Positions 1 to 12,300 of a stretch of 16,830 bases of DNA are shown here, in pieces (position 1 is the stretch's first letter; each line of letters opens with the position of its first letter). This DNA is from Ginkgo biloba (Eukaryota > Plantae > Ginkgophyta). The notes below the pieces were generated by a model, which was not told the DNA's origin, searched no databases, and saw only the letters and a program-made list of their open reading frames with translations. A program made the translations under genes and the position numbers. Location: NCBI GenBank assembly GCA_024626585.2, contig JANKJI020000002.1, positions 33,892,288-33,909,117 on the forward strand, in the 5' to 3' direction.

Positions 1-392
1 AAGATGAGCAAACTAACATCATTATTGAGTGCATTAAATTTGTTAATTTCCTTTTTTGAATTTTATAGATGTAGGTCTCATTAGAATACCATGCTTGGAA
101 GTTGACTTTATGCCCTATATATTCCATAAGTTGTCCTCCTCCTTTAAATAATAAAAAAAATATCCAACTATATGTTGCCACTTGAGAAGGGTCGTGAAGA
201 TGGTTATAGTAGAGGCCAAGTGGGTTGAGGTAATACTTATCCATAGTCAATTCTGACTCTATTTCGTAACATGTCTCTATCACTTATACGCTTAAATATA
301 ATTGTGGCTTTATTCATTTCAAGCAAAAAAAATATTTTGGGAACAATTTATTCGTATTCATAACGAAGTTTCATCTCATAATATGTGTGCAG

Positions 393-743
393 GATTATGT
401 CCAGTTCAGATGCAGCAGTAACAACCTGACATACTGTTTTGAACAGAATACCCCAATACCTGATATGTTTTTTTCACAGTTTATCCTTGCCATGATCGCT
501 GCGAGGGACGTCCATCAGATTCTTCCTGCCTTGTTTGACGTAATGACGTGCAAGTTCGTCCAAGTAGCTTTCACAGACCTTGATGCCTATCACTGCCAGA
601 GCTTAAAGATTGCTTTCAACACTCTTTGGATTGGGTTCGCTGCTGCCGCTTTAGCAATGACGCCATTGCACATCATATGGCCTGTCATTGGCAGCAGCTT
701 GACCACAAATGAAGCAAAACCCATGCAATCTATGCCACTCTAA
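393..743 (+). CDS. Terminal coding exon of a plant multi-pass membrane protein (At2g12400/At1g71110/At2g25270-like, tweety/prominin-like family); upstream exons outside the window
   Basis: Acceptor gtgtgcAG|GAT at 392/393, phase 0. Translation DYVQFRC...YC...PDMFFSQFILA...ILPALFDVMTCKFVQVAFTDLDAYHCQSLKIAFNTLWIGF...IW fits the family C-terminus as I recall it (C..C..P..Y.Q...P.L..L..C.FV...F..I...HC..L...W/Y.G + TM helix). Stop TAA at 741-743. Confidence 0.72.
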   Translation, partial: DYVQFRCSSNNLTYCFEQNTPIPDMFFSQFILAMIAARDVHQILPALFDVMTCKFVQVAFTDLDAYHCQSLKIAFNTLWIGFAAAALAMTPLHIIWPVIGSSLTTNEAKPMQSMPL

Positions 744-860
744 CTGTTTTTTTTTTTTTTAACTTGCAGTTCTAAGTAAAAAATTTATTAGGCAAATGGC
801 ATAGGTCGGTTTCAGTTTCATGAAATACAGTCTTGTTGTTGATTTTATTGAACTGCAAAC

Positions 861-875
861 TATATATATATATAT
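861..875. repeat. (TA)n microsatellite in the probable 3' UTR
   Basis: tatatatatatatat. Confidence 0.9.
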
Positions 876-2245
876 GGAATAATGTATTGTCTGTTTTTAG
901 AGTGAAATCGTCATATGATTCATCCATACTATAATCAAGTTGGTGAAAGAAATCATATTCTCGTCCATGTTTATTAATTAACTATTGAGACAAGATTTAA
1001 CAATTTACATAGTGTAAGGTAGCTAGCTATTGAAGAAATAGTTCACAAGTATGCAACAAGGGTTAACAACTAACCATTAAAGCATCATGTATTTAATCTA
1101 CTCTCATAATAGAAGAGATGGGATTTTTCGGAGTTACTTCATAGTCTTATGTATATCACACCAATGGAGATGTGCATACCAGTATGCACCCATCATCTCC
1201 AAAAGAATCGAAAGAAAGACGCATACATCTTTAGAGAATGGCATTAATTCCTCTAAGAACCCTTATGTCTATCCTATTAGATTTTGAGTCTTTTTAACCT
1301 AGTTGAATGTCTTTGTGTGCAGTATATAGCCATGCGTCTTCGATGCCCTCCCACAATTTTTCCCATAATTGTATGTACTTGCATTGGGACTATGAGCATC
1401 ATTATGACCCTCCTAAAATTTTGTCACGCTTAATCTCTAGTCTTCTATGTTGATCATCCCCTCTTTGTGTCATTTTCAACCACTCTAGATTACACTTGTT
1501 ACCAACCCTTTGTTGTGTTCGCTTAAAGTTTCTCTGAAGTCTTGATATGATTTGGAAAATGAACTGATGCACATTTGGGGAGTGGTTTCATGTGGCCTTA
1601 TATGACCATGTTTTAACTTAAGGAATGAATCTTAACCTAATAATCCTTGATCGTACATATTTTCTACAATGGAGGTTTTGGGGAGTTCATACACCAACTC
1701 TTGCCATCAAACTAATTACTATTCATTGTGAATTCCATTACCATAAAGTCAAGATTTAACCCAAGTGAGATGACTCCAAATTTGTAGTTTTCTTGATGAT
1801 TAGCTATAGAGTGTAGGATAAGGACTTGCTTGTTGGGATTCACTCTACTTAGACAATGCTTGGCATATGACAATGGTAAAGGCATGAAAAAAGTGAGCCA
1901 TTTATAGAGTAATATTTTGTATTCTACCATTAATTTATGTGCATCACTTGAGAGTTGTATATTCAAATATTATTGTTTATTTTCTTTCACACATTAGCAT
2001 TTTAATCTTTGTAGTCTTATCCACCTATGCACGGAGCCTTAAGTTTGTAGTCATTTCCTTATTTCCCACTTATGTGTTGTTATATGCATTGCCTACTTGT
2101 GTGTGGTGGTTTATCTTGATTATATACATGGTTTTGTAAATAAGTNNNNNNNNNNNNNNNNNNNNNNNNNNNNNNNNNNNNNNNNNNNNNNNNNNNNNNN
2201 NNNNNNNNNNNNNNNNNNNNNNNNNNNNNNNNNNNNNNNNNNNNN

Positions 2246-2391
2246 TTTAAGGTTTAGGGTTTATTAGTAATATTAATAATTTATTAATAATGTATTTAGG
2301 ATTTAAGGTTGAGGGTTTATTAATATTATATTGGTAATATCAGTAAGTTATTAATTATGTGATTAGAGTTAGGTATTAAGGTTTAGGATTT
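2246..2391 (+). repeat. Degenerate telomere-like (TTTAGGG) clusters separated by AT-rich spacers
   Basis: tttaagg-tttaggg-ttt; tttagga-tttaagg-ttgaggg-ttt; ttaggta-ttaagg-tttagga-ttt. One perfect TTTAGGG at 2253-2259; the region abuts an N gap. Confidence 0.6.
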
Positions 2392-2499
2392 GTTAAGAGT
2401 CAATTATTTTCTTACTTAAAATTGGATAAAGTAATCTAAAATAACAGCTCCAANNNNNNNNNNNNNNNNNNNNNNNNNNNNNNNNNNNNNNTATCTCTT

Positions 2500-5400
2500 G
2501 TTATAAATATAATTTCTAATTGTGGCCTATATATCTTTATGATTTATTTAATTAGACTACTCTATTAACTTAACATAAGTTAACATAATGTGAAAAAATT
2601 GATTACAAACCAAGTTATATTTACTTTATAAAAATGGATTCAAACCAAGGATTAGGACTTTTTTTTATTGAAGGCAACTCTTTGAGGTTAGGAATATAGG
2701 GGTGAGATAGATTATTGTGTTCAATTCTTTGACCATGCTATCTCTTAGTCTCCTAGTATTTTGTGTATTCCTCAATAGGTAAATCTTATTCTAAGTGATA
2801 GACTAAATTTCCCACATTCTTAATATGTATCATCAATAACTCCAATTCCCTATAGTTAATAGTTCTCCATATTAGAAGAAATTTTAATCACTTGTATTTT
2901 TCTAAGTGCCTTTAACCTTTGGATTATACCACCTTGAGCACTTTTCTTTCTTATGTTAACTTCCATTTGACTCTATTAGAGATTCTTAATGGAAAATTAT
3001 ACCTCTCACCTCATATTGAATGACATGGAGTTCAAACTTCCTTCAAAATAAAATGGGATTATTGCCATATCAATATGCTCCATTGGATAGACTACGAATA
3101 AATAGGATATACTGACCCCAATAAATATATGATAAGGTTAAAAAATCCACTGCATGAGTCTTCCATGATTGATATATAATTTTACTAATAAATGGATAGA
3201 TTTATATGCCAAAAGTTAACATGAACCCTACCCTTTCCAATACCTTTTAAAATTAGACATGCTTTGATGGGTCCTTTATGGTCCTTAACTAGTCATGATG
3301 GAACACAATAAATTTCTATTATCACCAAATAATGAAGCTCATAATAATTAAGCTTCTCATAAATGTTACTTATCCACTTTTGGTCTCTATAATATTCCTC
3401 AAGAACCATACTTAATCCACATTCTCACCTCCTTAATTATTTTTCCAACTATTATGAGGCTATCCATAGATTAATTTATATGAAATACCTTCATTTATAC
3501 TCTTTGAATGTTGTATTTAATGGTTTTAAAGGACAACCATTAAAGCAACTAAGATAATTTATCATTTGTAAACTAGTAAAATAATTTGACCCATGAATAA
3601 TGAATATAGAAGTGGAACACATTTTAGGATTGACTATCTAGTTCTTTTCCTACTAATTTGATTTGAAAATTTTCTAATATAGTATGCTAATAGCCATGAA
3701 TTATAGTAGTACAATACCACTAAATATGGTTGAAATCAACCTCATATTTCGTGCATATTACACATAAGGATGGGCCTTCTAACTCNNNNNNNNNNNNNNN
3801 NNNNNNNNNNNNNNNNNNNNNNNNNNNNNNNNNNNNNNNNNNNNNNNNNNNNNNNNNNNNNNNNNNNNNNNNNNNNNNNNNNNNNNNNNNNNNNNNNNNN
3901 NNNNNNNNNNNNNNNNNNNNNNNNNNNNNNNNNNNNNNNNNNNNNNNNNNNNNNNNNNNNNNNNNNNNNNNNNNNNNNNNNNNNNNNNNNNNNNNNNNNN
4001 NNNNNNNNNNNNNNNNNNNNNNNNNNNNNNNNNNNNNNNNNNNNNNNNNNNNNNNNNNNNNNNNNNNNTAGAACTAGATGGTGGTGCTCAAAACCATCAT
4101 CAACCATAACTAGAGTTTCAATAATATTCCATTTCTTCTGAGTGAAGTCGTAGAAATCATCAACTTTAACCAGAACCAAGAATTTTTAAAGCTTCGTTAG
4201 ATTATAATATTCAACTCTTTAGAAAAAGGGGATATTTTTTAGACCTATCCATTTATCGCTCTATAAATATGTTCTCATCCCAACATACCTCTATGAAGGG
4301 AATGTTTGGCTAGTTACATAGATANNNNNNNNNNNNNNNNNNNNNNNNNNNNNNATAGAGTTGTTTATCCTCTGAGCATGTATTCCATAGGTAAATCATA
4401 GAAATATTTCCTCAAGAGGACTTCTTTTCATTTCCTACATTCTAACTATAGGAAGTACTAACATCTTTTTCCACCTCTGACTTCTACTAATAAAAAAGGA
4501 ACTCAAATTAATAACTCTCCCTTCCACATTGGAATTATCACCTTTGCCTAATTGATTGAGTTATATATAGGATTATTACCTACCTTATAATATTATATGA
4601 ATTTAATGGCCATACCCCTCAACGCAATACACTTTGAGGGGCCAAAATTAAATACATTATATAATTTAGCATCTAAATGAGAGTGGATTGAAAGATGATC
4701 TTTCTACCATATATATTCAAGAACCCATTTGGATAGTTCTCCTCTTTATATTTGATATTGTCTAAAAAATATTAATTGTTTTCCATGTTAATCTTTTTCA
4801 AGCCTATGAGAATCTTGAGGTGTTTCATATTCTTACTCTTAGGGAATAGAGGTCTATCAAGGAAGTCTCTTATATGCCTTTTTAGTTGCTCCTCTATGTC
4901 TATGAAAATAAAACAAAATTTTAACATGTTTAAATCCTAACTAACCACTTGATCATATATCCCAAAATATTGATCCCATCATAATATTTGGGCTAGTAAA
5001 AGATTTCGTAAAAGAATAAGGTTATCCATAAATAATCGGCATGTTATAGTGATTCTCCTTCCATCAACCTTAAAACCTTCAATAAGACCATTTAAGTTAA
5101 GCCACTACAGTAAGTATATTAATACTTCTATAGTAATATAAAATAAATAGAGATAAATGAGGTGGCACTGTCATATGCCTCTTGATACTACCAAACTCTT
5201 TAAGAGCCTACCATTTATGGAGATTTTTCTATTAATTATTTTAAGTATTACTATAAACGATTTGAGGTTTCCCTAAACAACTCCCTTAAGCCTAAACATA
5301 GATAATAGTTAGTCCCATTCAAGAGAATCATAAGCCTTTGTTATATTTAACATGAGTATCAATAGGCCTTTTTCTCAAAACCATTTTGTATGCATCACCT

Positions 5401-5690
5401 CTATCACTATTGTCATAGTATTAACAATATTTCCTTCCTTAATAAAACTAATTAAGTGTCATCAATTAGTTTATCCATGAATGATTCTAACCTTTTTACA
5501 AGAAATCTTGTAATTAATTTGTATGAATTCTTACAAAGACTAATTGTCCTCTAGTTTTCAACTAGAGTGGGATTTGATGTTTTAGGGACTACTTAGACTA
5601 TAGTAGCATTGTCATTAGGGTGTAATTTCCTAGCATTTTATACTTTAGTGATGATCTAAATTAATCACCCACTAGGATCTAAGCATGAGA
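2500..5690 (-). mobile_element. Degenerate L1-clade LINE, ORF2 (reverse transcriptase, CCHC zinc finger, probable RNase H) and 3' UTR; boundaries approximate
   Basis: Manual minus-strand translation gives ordered motifs: VVPKTSNPTLVEN*RTISLCKNSYKLITRFLVKRL; LNITKAYDSLEW; SINGR...SRGI*QCHLIYLYLF; LFMDN (decayed FADD, 5021-5032); GFLNIYGRKIIFQSTL; SDKWIG; GPSLCVICTKYEVDFNHI*WYC (C-x2-C-x8-H-x4-C, 3711-3764); LVKDHKG (RNase H-like). Many stops and frameshifts. Confidence 0.9.
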
Positions 5691-6051
5691 TTTTGGGTGC
5701 TAAGAAAACCTTTACGAAGAAGGAAATATTTGAGAAAGAAAATGAAAAAANNNNNNNNNNNNNNNNNNNNNNNNNNNNNNNNNNNNNNNNNNNNNNNNNN
5801 NNNNNNNNNNNNNNNNNNNNNNNNNNNNNNNNNNNNNNNNNNNNNNNNNNAGCTCCTATCTAGGCTAGACTCCATGGAACCACATGCTAACCCCCTCTAG
5901 TGGTCGATGGCACATCATCACTAAACAAGGCTCTTGACCAGTTGTATTCAACACCTAATTGCCATCAACTAATCTCCGACACTAAACACAAGTTCAATCA
6001 ACGACTACTAAAAACTCCTAGTTGTGACGCAGGCTAGATCGCTACCTTACA

Positions 6052-6700
6052 TTTATCATCTTCATCACAATTGCAAATAGTAAATACTTTATATGATCTA
6101 AATTCAAGAGTGGGTGCTTCATTTTTTGAGGTTCAAATAGATATATTGTTAATCTTTTGTTGTGCACGCAATGATGGAAATTGTGGGCAACCACCCTTTT
6201 CTAATTCCTTATCAATAACAACTCCTTTCTCCAAATTCCAACTATCCCTTTTAGGCACCCATACATCTTTCTTTTGTTATTTGATCTACAATGTCTTACT
6301 ACCTTGTTTTTAATTTTCATTCTATTGAATTTAAGTCATTGCTTGTACCATCCCTCTCTTTCATGAGATATTCAAAATTTGGACTTTAAAAACTTGTATC
6401 TTTGAACAAATAGAGATATTATGTTGGTTATTACAAGTGCTTACAAGGATCANNNNNNNNNNNNNNNNNNNNNNNNNNNNNNNNNNNNNNNNNNNNNNNN
6501 NNNNNNNNNNNNNNNNNNNNNNNNNNNNNNNNNNNNNNNNNNNNNNNNNNNNNNNNNNNNNNNNNNNNNNNNNNNNNNNNNNNNNNNNNNNNNNNCATAT
6601 TACCAACTAACCTATTGAACTTGTCCATCACCTTTGGATTCACTTGCATTTTGACTAACCTTAAGAGTAACTTGATGCTTTACTTCTATTAGGATTGTTT
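6052..6700 (-). mobile_element. Probable L1 ORF1 (gag-like) remnant belonging to the same LINE
   Basis: Minus strand: frameshifted zinc knuckle C-K-H-/C-N-N-Q-H-N-I-S-I-C near 6405-6446, followed by VWVPK and an acidic FTICNCDEDDK stretch. Same strand as, and upstream of, the RT. Motifs are weak. Confidence 0.4.
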
Positions 6701-6887
6701 GCACAGTGGTGATCAACAAAACTACACTTCTGATATCATGCCTATATTGATTTTAATTATCAGGTGGTATTTTCTACAATGCCCCCAATCTAGCCAATAT
6801 AATCAATGATTACTACATTTATTACCTTTGTATTTAATATAACTACACTTCATTGATTTTTGAACTATATGCATTGGGAGACTAACC

Positions 6888-7370
6888 TGTGGTTATTCCA
6901 CCCTCGCCCATTTTGATCATATCTCCTTAGATTTAAAATCCATTGTAAGAATGTCACACCGTTGACTTGGATTATTACCTCCTAAATTCTCATATTCAAT
7001 ATGCCCTTAATTGCATGCCAAACAAATGATCTTTGTGGTTATTCCATCCTCACCAATTTCGATCACATCTCCTTGGATTATAATTACAATTTATTGTTAT
7101 GATGAAAATCCATTGGACTAATGTCACACCATTGACTTAAATTATTACCTCCTTCCAAATTATCATATTGAGAATACCCTTAATCGCATCCCAAAGGATG
7201 TCACCTCTATGGCTATTCTATCCTCCCCCATTTCAATCACATCTCCTTAAATTATAATTACAATTCATTGTTATCATGAAAATCCATTAGACAAATGTCA
7301 CACCATTGACTTCAATTATTACCACTGCCTAAATCCTCATATTGAGTAGGCCCTTAATTGCATGCCAAAG
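6888..7370. repeat. Three-copy tandem repeat with a unit of about 174 bp (first copy internally deleted, 146 bp)
   Basis: Units start at 6888, 7034 and 7208 (tgtggttattcca / tgtggttattcca / tatggctattcta) and share atctcctt, aaaatccatt, aatgtcacacc.ttgactt, tcatatt and cccttaat.gcat.ccaaa. Confidence 0.92.
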
Positions 7371-7885
7371 AAACAAAATGTCTTTTCACTCTTGCACTTT
7401 CTTATTAGCCATGATTTATTGTAAAATGATTCTTCCTCACTTCCCTCTCTCTATCTAGACCTCTAGACTTATGACCTCAAATATCATCCCTAAGCTCCTC
7501 CAAAGTAGCTCAAATGACACTTTCCCCATAAGCATCTCATCATAAATCTTCAATTCACATATGCTTTGTCAAATTGAAATGTCAATCCCTACACTTGCAC
7601 ACATCTCAACATAGGATGATTTTTCCATCTTTTGTTGAAGCTTATTTAGAAACCCATCAATAAAATATTACATCGAGTGCAAACCAAAAACAAGTATGGC
7701 AAAATCTGATATTTGCCACAAGGATTTGGACATGTCTAACAAGTCGTGTAAAATCTCTTACTAAAAGTTGAGGGGATAGAACCAATAGTGCCTTCTACTG
7801 CTGATCCCATTCAAGGACTTCTACACTCAAAGCAAGACTTCTTAATATCTGGAAAAACCTATTCTTGATATCTATAATATTCCAA

Positions 7886-8044
7886 AAAGGAGATAAGTGG
7901 TATGAAGAATCACGAAAGGCACTTGAGGAAGGAGAAAAGTTGCATAATATATCTTATCATGATGGCTTACTTTTGTATGGAAATCGAGTTATCATACCTG
8001 ATATTGCAAAACTGACGTACAAGATTTTCTATGAACTACATGAT
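7886..8044 (+). mobile_element. Ty3/gypsy pol fragment: linker and start of the integrase zinc-binding (H2C2) region
   Basis: SYHDGLLLYGNRVIIPDIAKLTYKIFYELHD fits the gypsy pattern DGLL.Y..R..VP....LR..IL.E.HD; cut off by an N gap. Confidence 0.7.
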
Positions 8045-9044
8045 ANNNNNNNNNNNNNNNNNNNNNNNNNNNNNNNNNNNNNNNNNNNNNNNNNNNNNNN
8101 NNNNNNNNNNNNNNNNNNNNNNNNNNNNNNNNNNNNNNNNNNNNNTATTCACATAAATTGGCAAAGCATTCAGAGGTGGGACTAGACAATTATATACACA
8201 ATGACAATCACATAGGAGATGGTCTGGCACAGATTCTCAATATCCTCTTCAATGATACAAGAGGAGACACAGACAAACACCTCTCACATATAATTCTAAT
8301 CTTCAAGTTGGCTCTCACATTGATTGTAATGATTAGACTCTATTTAGTATTCAGAGACACATGATCCTCACTACCAACTAATCACAAATTAATTGTTTCA
8401 ACTTTTTAGTTTAACTTGGTCACTAGTAGTAAGTCATATGAGCACAATGACCATTAAAAATATTCATCATAATCAAAAACTAATGCAAAAGCACGAGTAT
8501 CTGATCTGAATGGACCAATAATCCTGCATACATCATACTCCAACTAATTTCACGATAATATAATTGGAAATTGGTAAGATTGGTAATTTACAATACTACG
8601 AATGCAAACTAAGTTGGGGCATATCTAATCATTGGCTTGGCCATTACATTTGCTATTAGTAATTAGCTTCAATTCATTCTCAAGAAAGTAAACCCCATAT
8701 TACTCTTTCAACTAATAGTAACAATGAAGAAATAAAACAGTATAAATAACTAGAACGCAGATAGATAGACTATTTAATCTGTGCTCAAAAAGCCTCTTCT
8801 TTTTCAGTTCTCAAAGGCATGGAACTAACATAATCTGTTGCACAAAAAAATTGCTAGCAAAATGCAAAATGAAGCCCGATCTGACAATTTCAAATAACCA
8901 AATGAGACTTCAAAATGCTTCAGCTAAAAAAGTGTCATAAAGGCAAGCTTCGCCCAACGATTTTTATCCATTTTACCTTGGAGAAGATCCAGTATACAAC
9001 AATTGCTCACATGAGCAAAAACAGCAATGGGCATAATCAATGTT

Positions 9045-9305
9045 TCATCTCCATTTTTCTTTCAGTTCTTTTTGCTCGGATAAGATCCATGTTACAACAA
9101 TTGCTGCAACAAGAGCAAAAATAGTGATAAGAAGAAGAGCATAACTGAATTCTTCAGTCAGAGAATCATATGTGCGAGAAGGTGCTGTCCTGGTGTAGAA
9201 GAGATCAACACCATAAATGAAGACCAAGCTTGTAGACTCAAGGCTAGCAGGAACCGTCATAATGCCCCGCAAACCCTCCACTTGAAGTGAATGTGTAATA
9301 TATGA
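9045..9305 (-). CDS. EMC1: EMC1 last exon (SYITHSLQVEGLRG...TM...EKWR*)
   Basis: Acceptor ttgcAG|TCA; 261 bp ending in TGA. Confidence 0.95.
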   Translation of the reverse strand, partial: SYITHSLQVEGLRGIMTVPASLESTSLVFIYGVDLFYTRTAPSRTYDSLTEEFSYALLLITIFALVAAIVVTWILSEQKELKEKWR

Positions 9306-12300
9306 CTGCAACATACAACCCATGTTAAATGCAATGGGAAGAACTAACTAGCAAGAGATTAAGGTACTGTTAATCATAGAAAGATGGGGGCAGATGCAAA
9401 CAACAACAAACCACTAACACGTGTGTGTGGATGTCGGTGTGTGATGATTACGATGAATTTATTATTGGATGAATGCCATTCGTATTAGAAAATGGATGCA
9501 CACGCAACTACAGAAAAAAATTCAAAAAGCACAAAAGAAGAAAACTAGCATGGAAAGAACCTGGGGAAATACTGGTATTGCATCAGTTAGGGGTAAAATG
9601 CCATCTTCCCTCTCTGCAGGGGTGGGATTTATAGAACGCCGAGGATCAAAGAAACGCTTGTCAAGAGCCAAAACCTGCAAATTCATTAGCTGTGAACAAT
9701 TGGAATCTACCTAACTATGCAAAAGGCTTACACTCAAAGAGATAAAGAATTCAAGTAAATATCCAACGGTCCATAGAAGACCTTTGCTGACCTGATCACA
9801 AATTGTCCCAATGAGAAGTTGCTTTGATGTTATACCCTTGGCTGTTGACGTTACAGCAATTGTTTTCACTGACTGACTAAAGAAGTAGCTTTGCGACTTC
9901 ACCTCGACATCAACATGGGAATATGAAGAAATTGGTGCAGTCAGGTTATGGCGTCCAAGCATAAGCTCAAAAATATTTTTAGTGTCCTGTTAAAAGAAAC
10001 GACCAGCATATCAAATACATAGGACACAAGAAAACAGAGAACATGCAACACCACAAACACCCAAACCCCCTACACAAATGCCTAACAGGTTAATAACCAA
10101 TCTCAAACCATGAAGTGATCACCAGCTTAACCCATATAAAAGTCCCATGGTATAATGACATCTCAGTATAGACAATCAAGATAAGGATAAGCATAGATGG
10201 CATACCGCGCGAGAGTGGTCATAGATTTCAATCACTGACATCTCATACCGATGAGCCCTAAGATTGAAATAGTGGTAGACAACCCAGTTTTCGCTAAAGA
10301 CCTTTGGGCATAACACAAGAGAGTTAAAATCCTTGAGGTAAGATTATACTAAAAATTTGACAAAGTCTCCCCTTAGATAAAATAAGATAATCAAATTTTA
10401 GAATTATCACAAAGGTATATTATGAAAATTGATGAAAAAAGAAAGATTACAATTGATCTCTCTTTTAGAAAATTCAACAATCAATCAAAAAACAAGAAAA
10501 GAAACTAGCCAAGAAAATAAGAAAGCAAGCATTCTAAAAATGAAGATTATTTTCTCCTTCTAAATTTTAAATACATGTAATTACTGAACTTAAGAAAGGA
10601 ATTGAATTTAATGCACCTAGAACAAACACTTTTTAAATGTAAATGAATCCAACTCCCCATCAAGCAATATTCCAAGCCTTTGAAATCATCACTACACTCC
10701 ATATTGCTCCAAATGTGAGAAAAAATAATGGAAAATAACGGAATAAAGGAATATTACAGAACAATATATAATTCCTAAGTATTTTATATGGTAGAATAAA
10801 GAGGAAATCATTCTAAAATTTTTGAAATATGTATAACACTAAATCAAGACAATGTTAAGCTTCTAATACAAATGGTTTCTATCTCTCGAGAAGCATTTTA
10901 GTAGCATAACATTCAAATCTCCCTGTATTTATATAGAAATGTAAAGAGTTAGAAGATTATTTTGATTTGTTCAAAACCATAATAATCTCAAGGAGATAAG
11001 GAAAGATTAGATTCATGGGAGAAAACTAACTCATGGCAGTATGGATGAGCATGCAAGTAGTTACGATAAGGCTCCATCATGGAAAAATGACATTCTCAAA
11101 GAAATATATAAATACCTTATTATCTTACATCTAGATAGAGGAATATCATGAAAGTTCATGATTAGACAAAGAATGCCATGTTAGTATGTACTAATGGAGA
11201 GTGTGATGACATGGTGATAAATACACGCACAAATATGATATTAATATTTTTGATAAAAATATAAAACATAAGAGAAAAAATCTGAATTAGAGCAGGTGAT
11301 AGCGAGATTCTCAGAGCTTGAAGAACTATTTATAAGGAGTTGACTTCTTTTTTATTAATAAAAAACATTTGTACAGTTATAGGGTTGTGTGCCATTAAAC
11401 ACTAATACTAAAAAAATGTTTATAAATTTTATCATTAGGAGTCATTTTGTGATCTCCAGATACATGAATATACTAATTTTCAAAAACCCTAATTACATTT
11501 TCTCCCCCTATTAGGAATAACTCAATAGAAGAGTGATTATGTTATTTTACAGGATCCTACAAACCAATATTCCTCATCTAAATATATTTTATAAATATAG
11601 AAGAGAATATTATCAAATCTCTTTATGTATTTAGTCTTTAACCACTTCACTAAAATTACTAGAGGATCAATTTGACCATATGGTCTACTTTAAAATTTTG
11701 GGTCCTTCAAACATGATGAGTCTGGATGTCCCCCAAAAAATACCAATAATGATCTAGATGTTGTTATATATAGGTAGAGATTAGGGTTATAAATGTTCCA
11801 AATTTGGTTTAGTTGATTAGAAAGTAATAATGAATTAGTGAATATTACTGCATGGTAAATGCGTACGGATAAGGTATCTAAAAGGGGCTCCAATTAATGT
11901 GGCATAGTTGGCTTAAGTATTGGTAGAAAAGGGAATAAATAATCTAGCATTGAAAATAGTCTCCCCAAGGTGGTTCTAGATTATCCATGTAGTAGTAGAT
12001 GGTCCTAGGTTACCTCTACTTCCACTACCAATGAATATGGAATATACATGAGAATGCAATACGCCAACAGGCTCCATCAATTATTAAGAAAAGGATAATT
12101 CAAAATTTGAGGTTTATAGCAAGTCAAACTACAATCGCTTGAGACTAGGTATGGTATTAAAAAAAAGATCAATATTTATAGATTTGTCTCACTTTGTATT
12201 TTNNNNNNNNNNNNNNNNNNNNNNNNNNNNNNNNNNNNNNNNNNNNNNNNNNNNNNNNNNNNNNNNNNNNNNNNNNNNNNNNNNNNNNNNNNNNNNNNNN

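Noticed and set aside
3730-4179. ORF-track entries spanning N runs (also near 5672-5900, 6361-6649, 7992-8230, 12139-12360, 13875-14162 and 15490-15840)
   Set aside because: Open only because N codons contain no stops; flanks are transposon or intron sequence.
6888-7370. Repeat array considered as CRISPR-like
   Set aside because: Contiguous 174-bp tandem units without unique spacers, eukaryotic context, and no cas genes.
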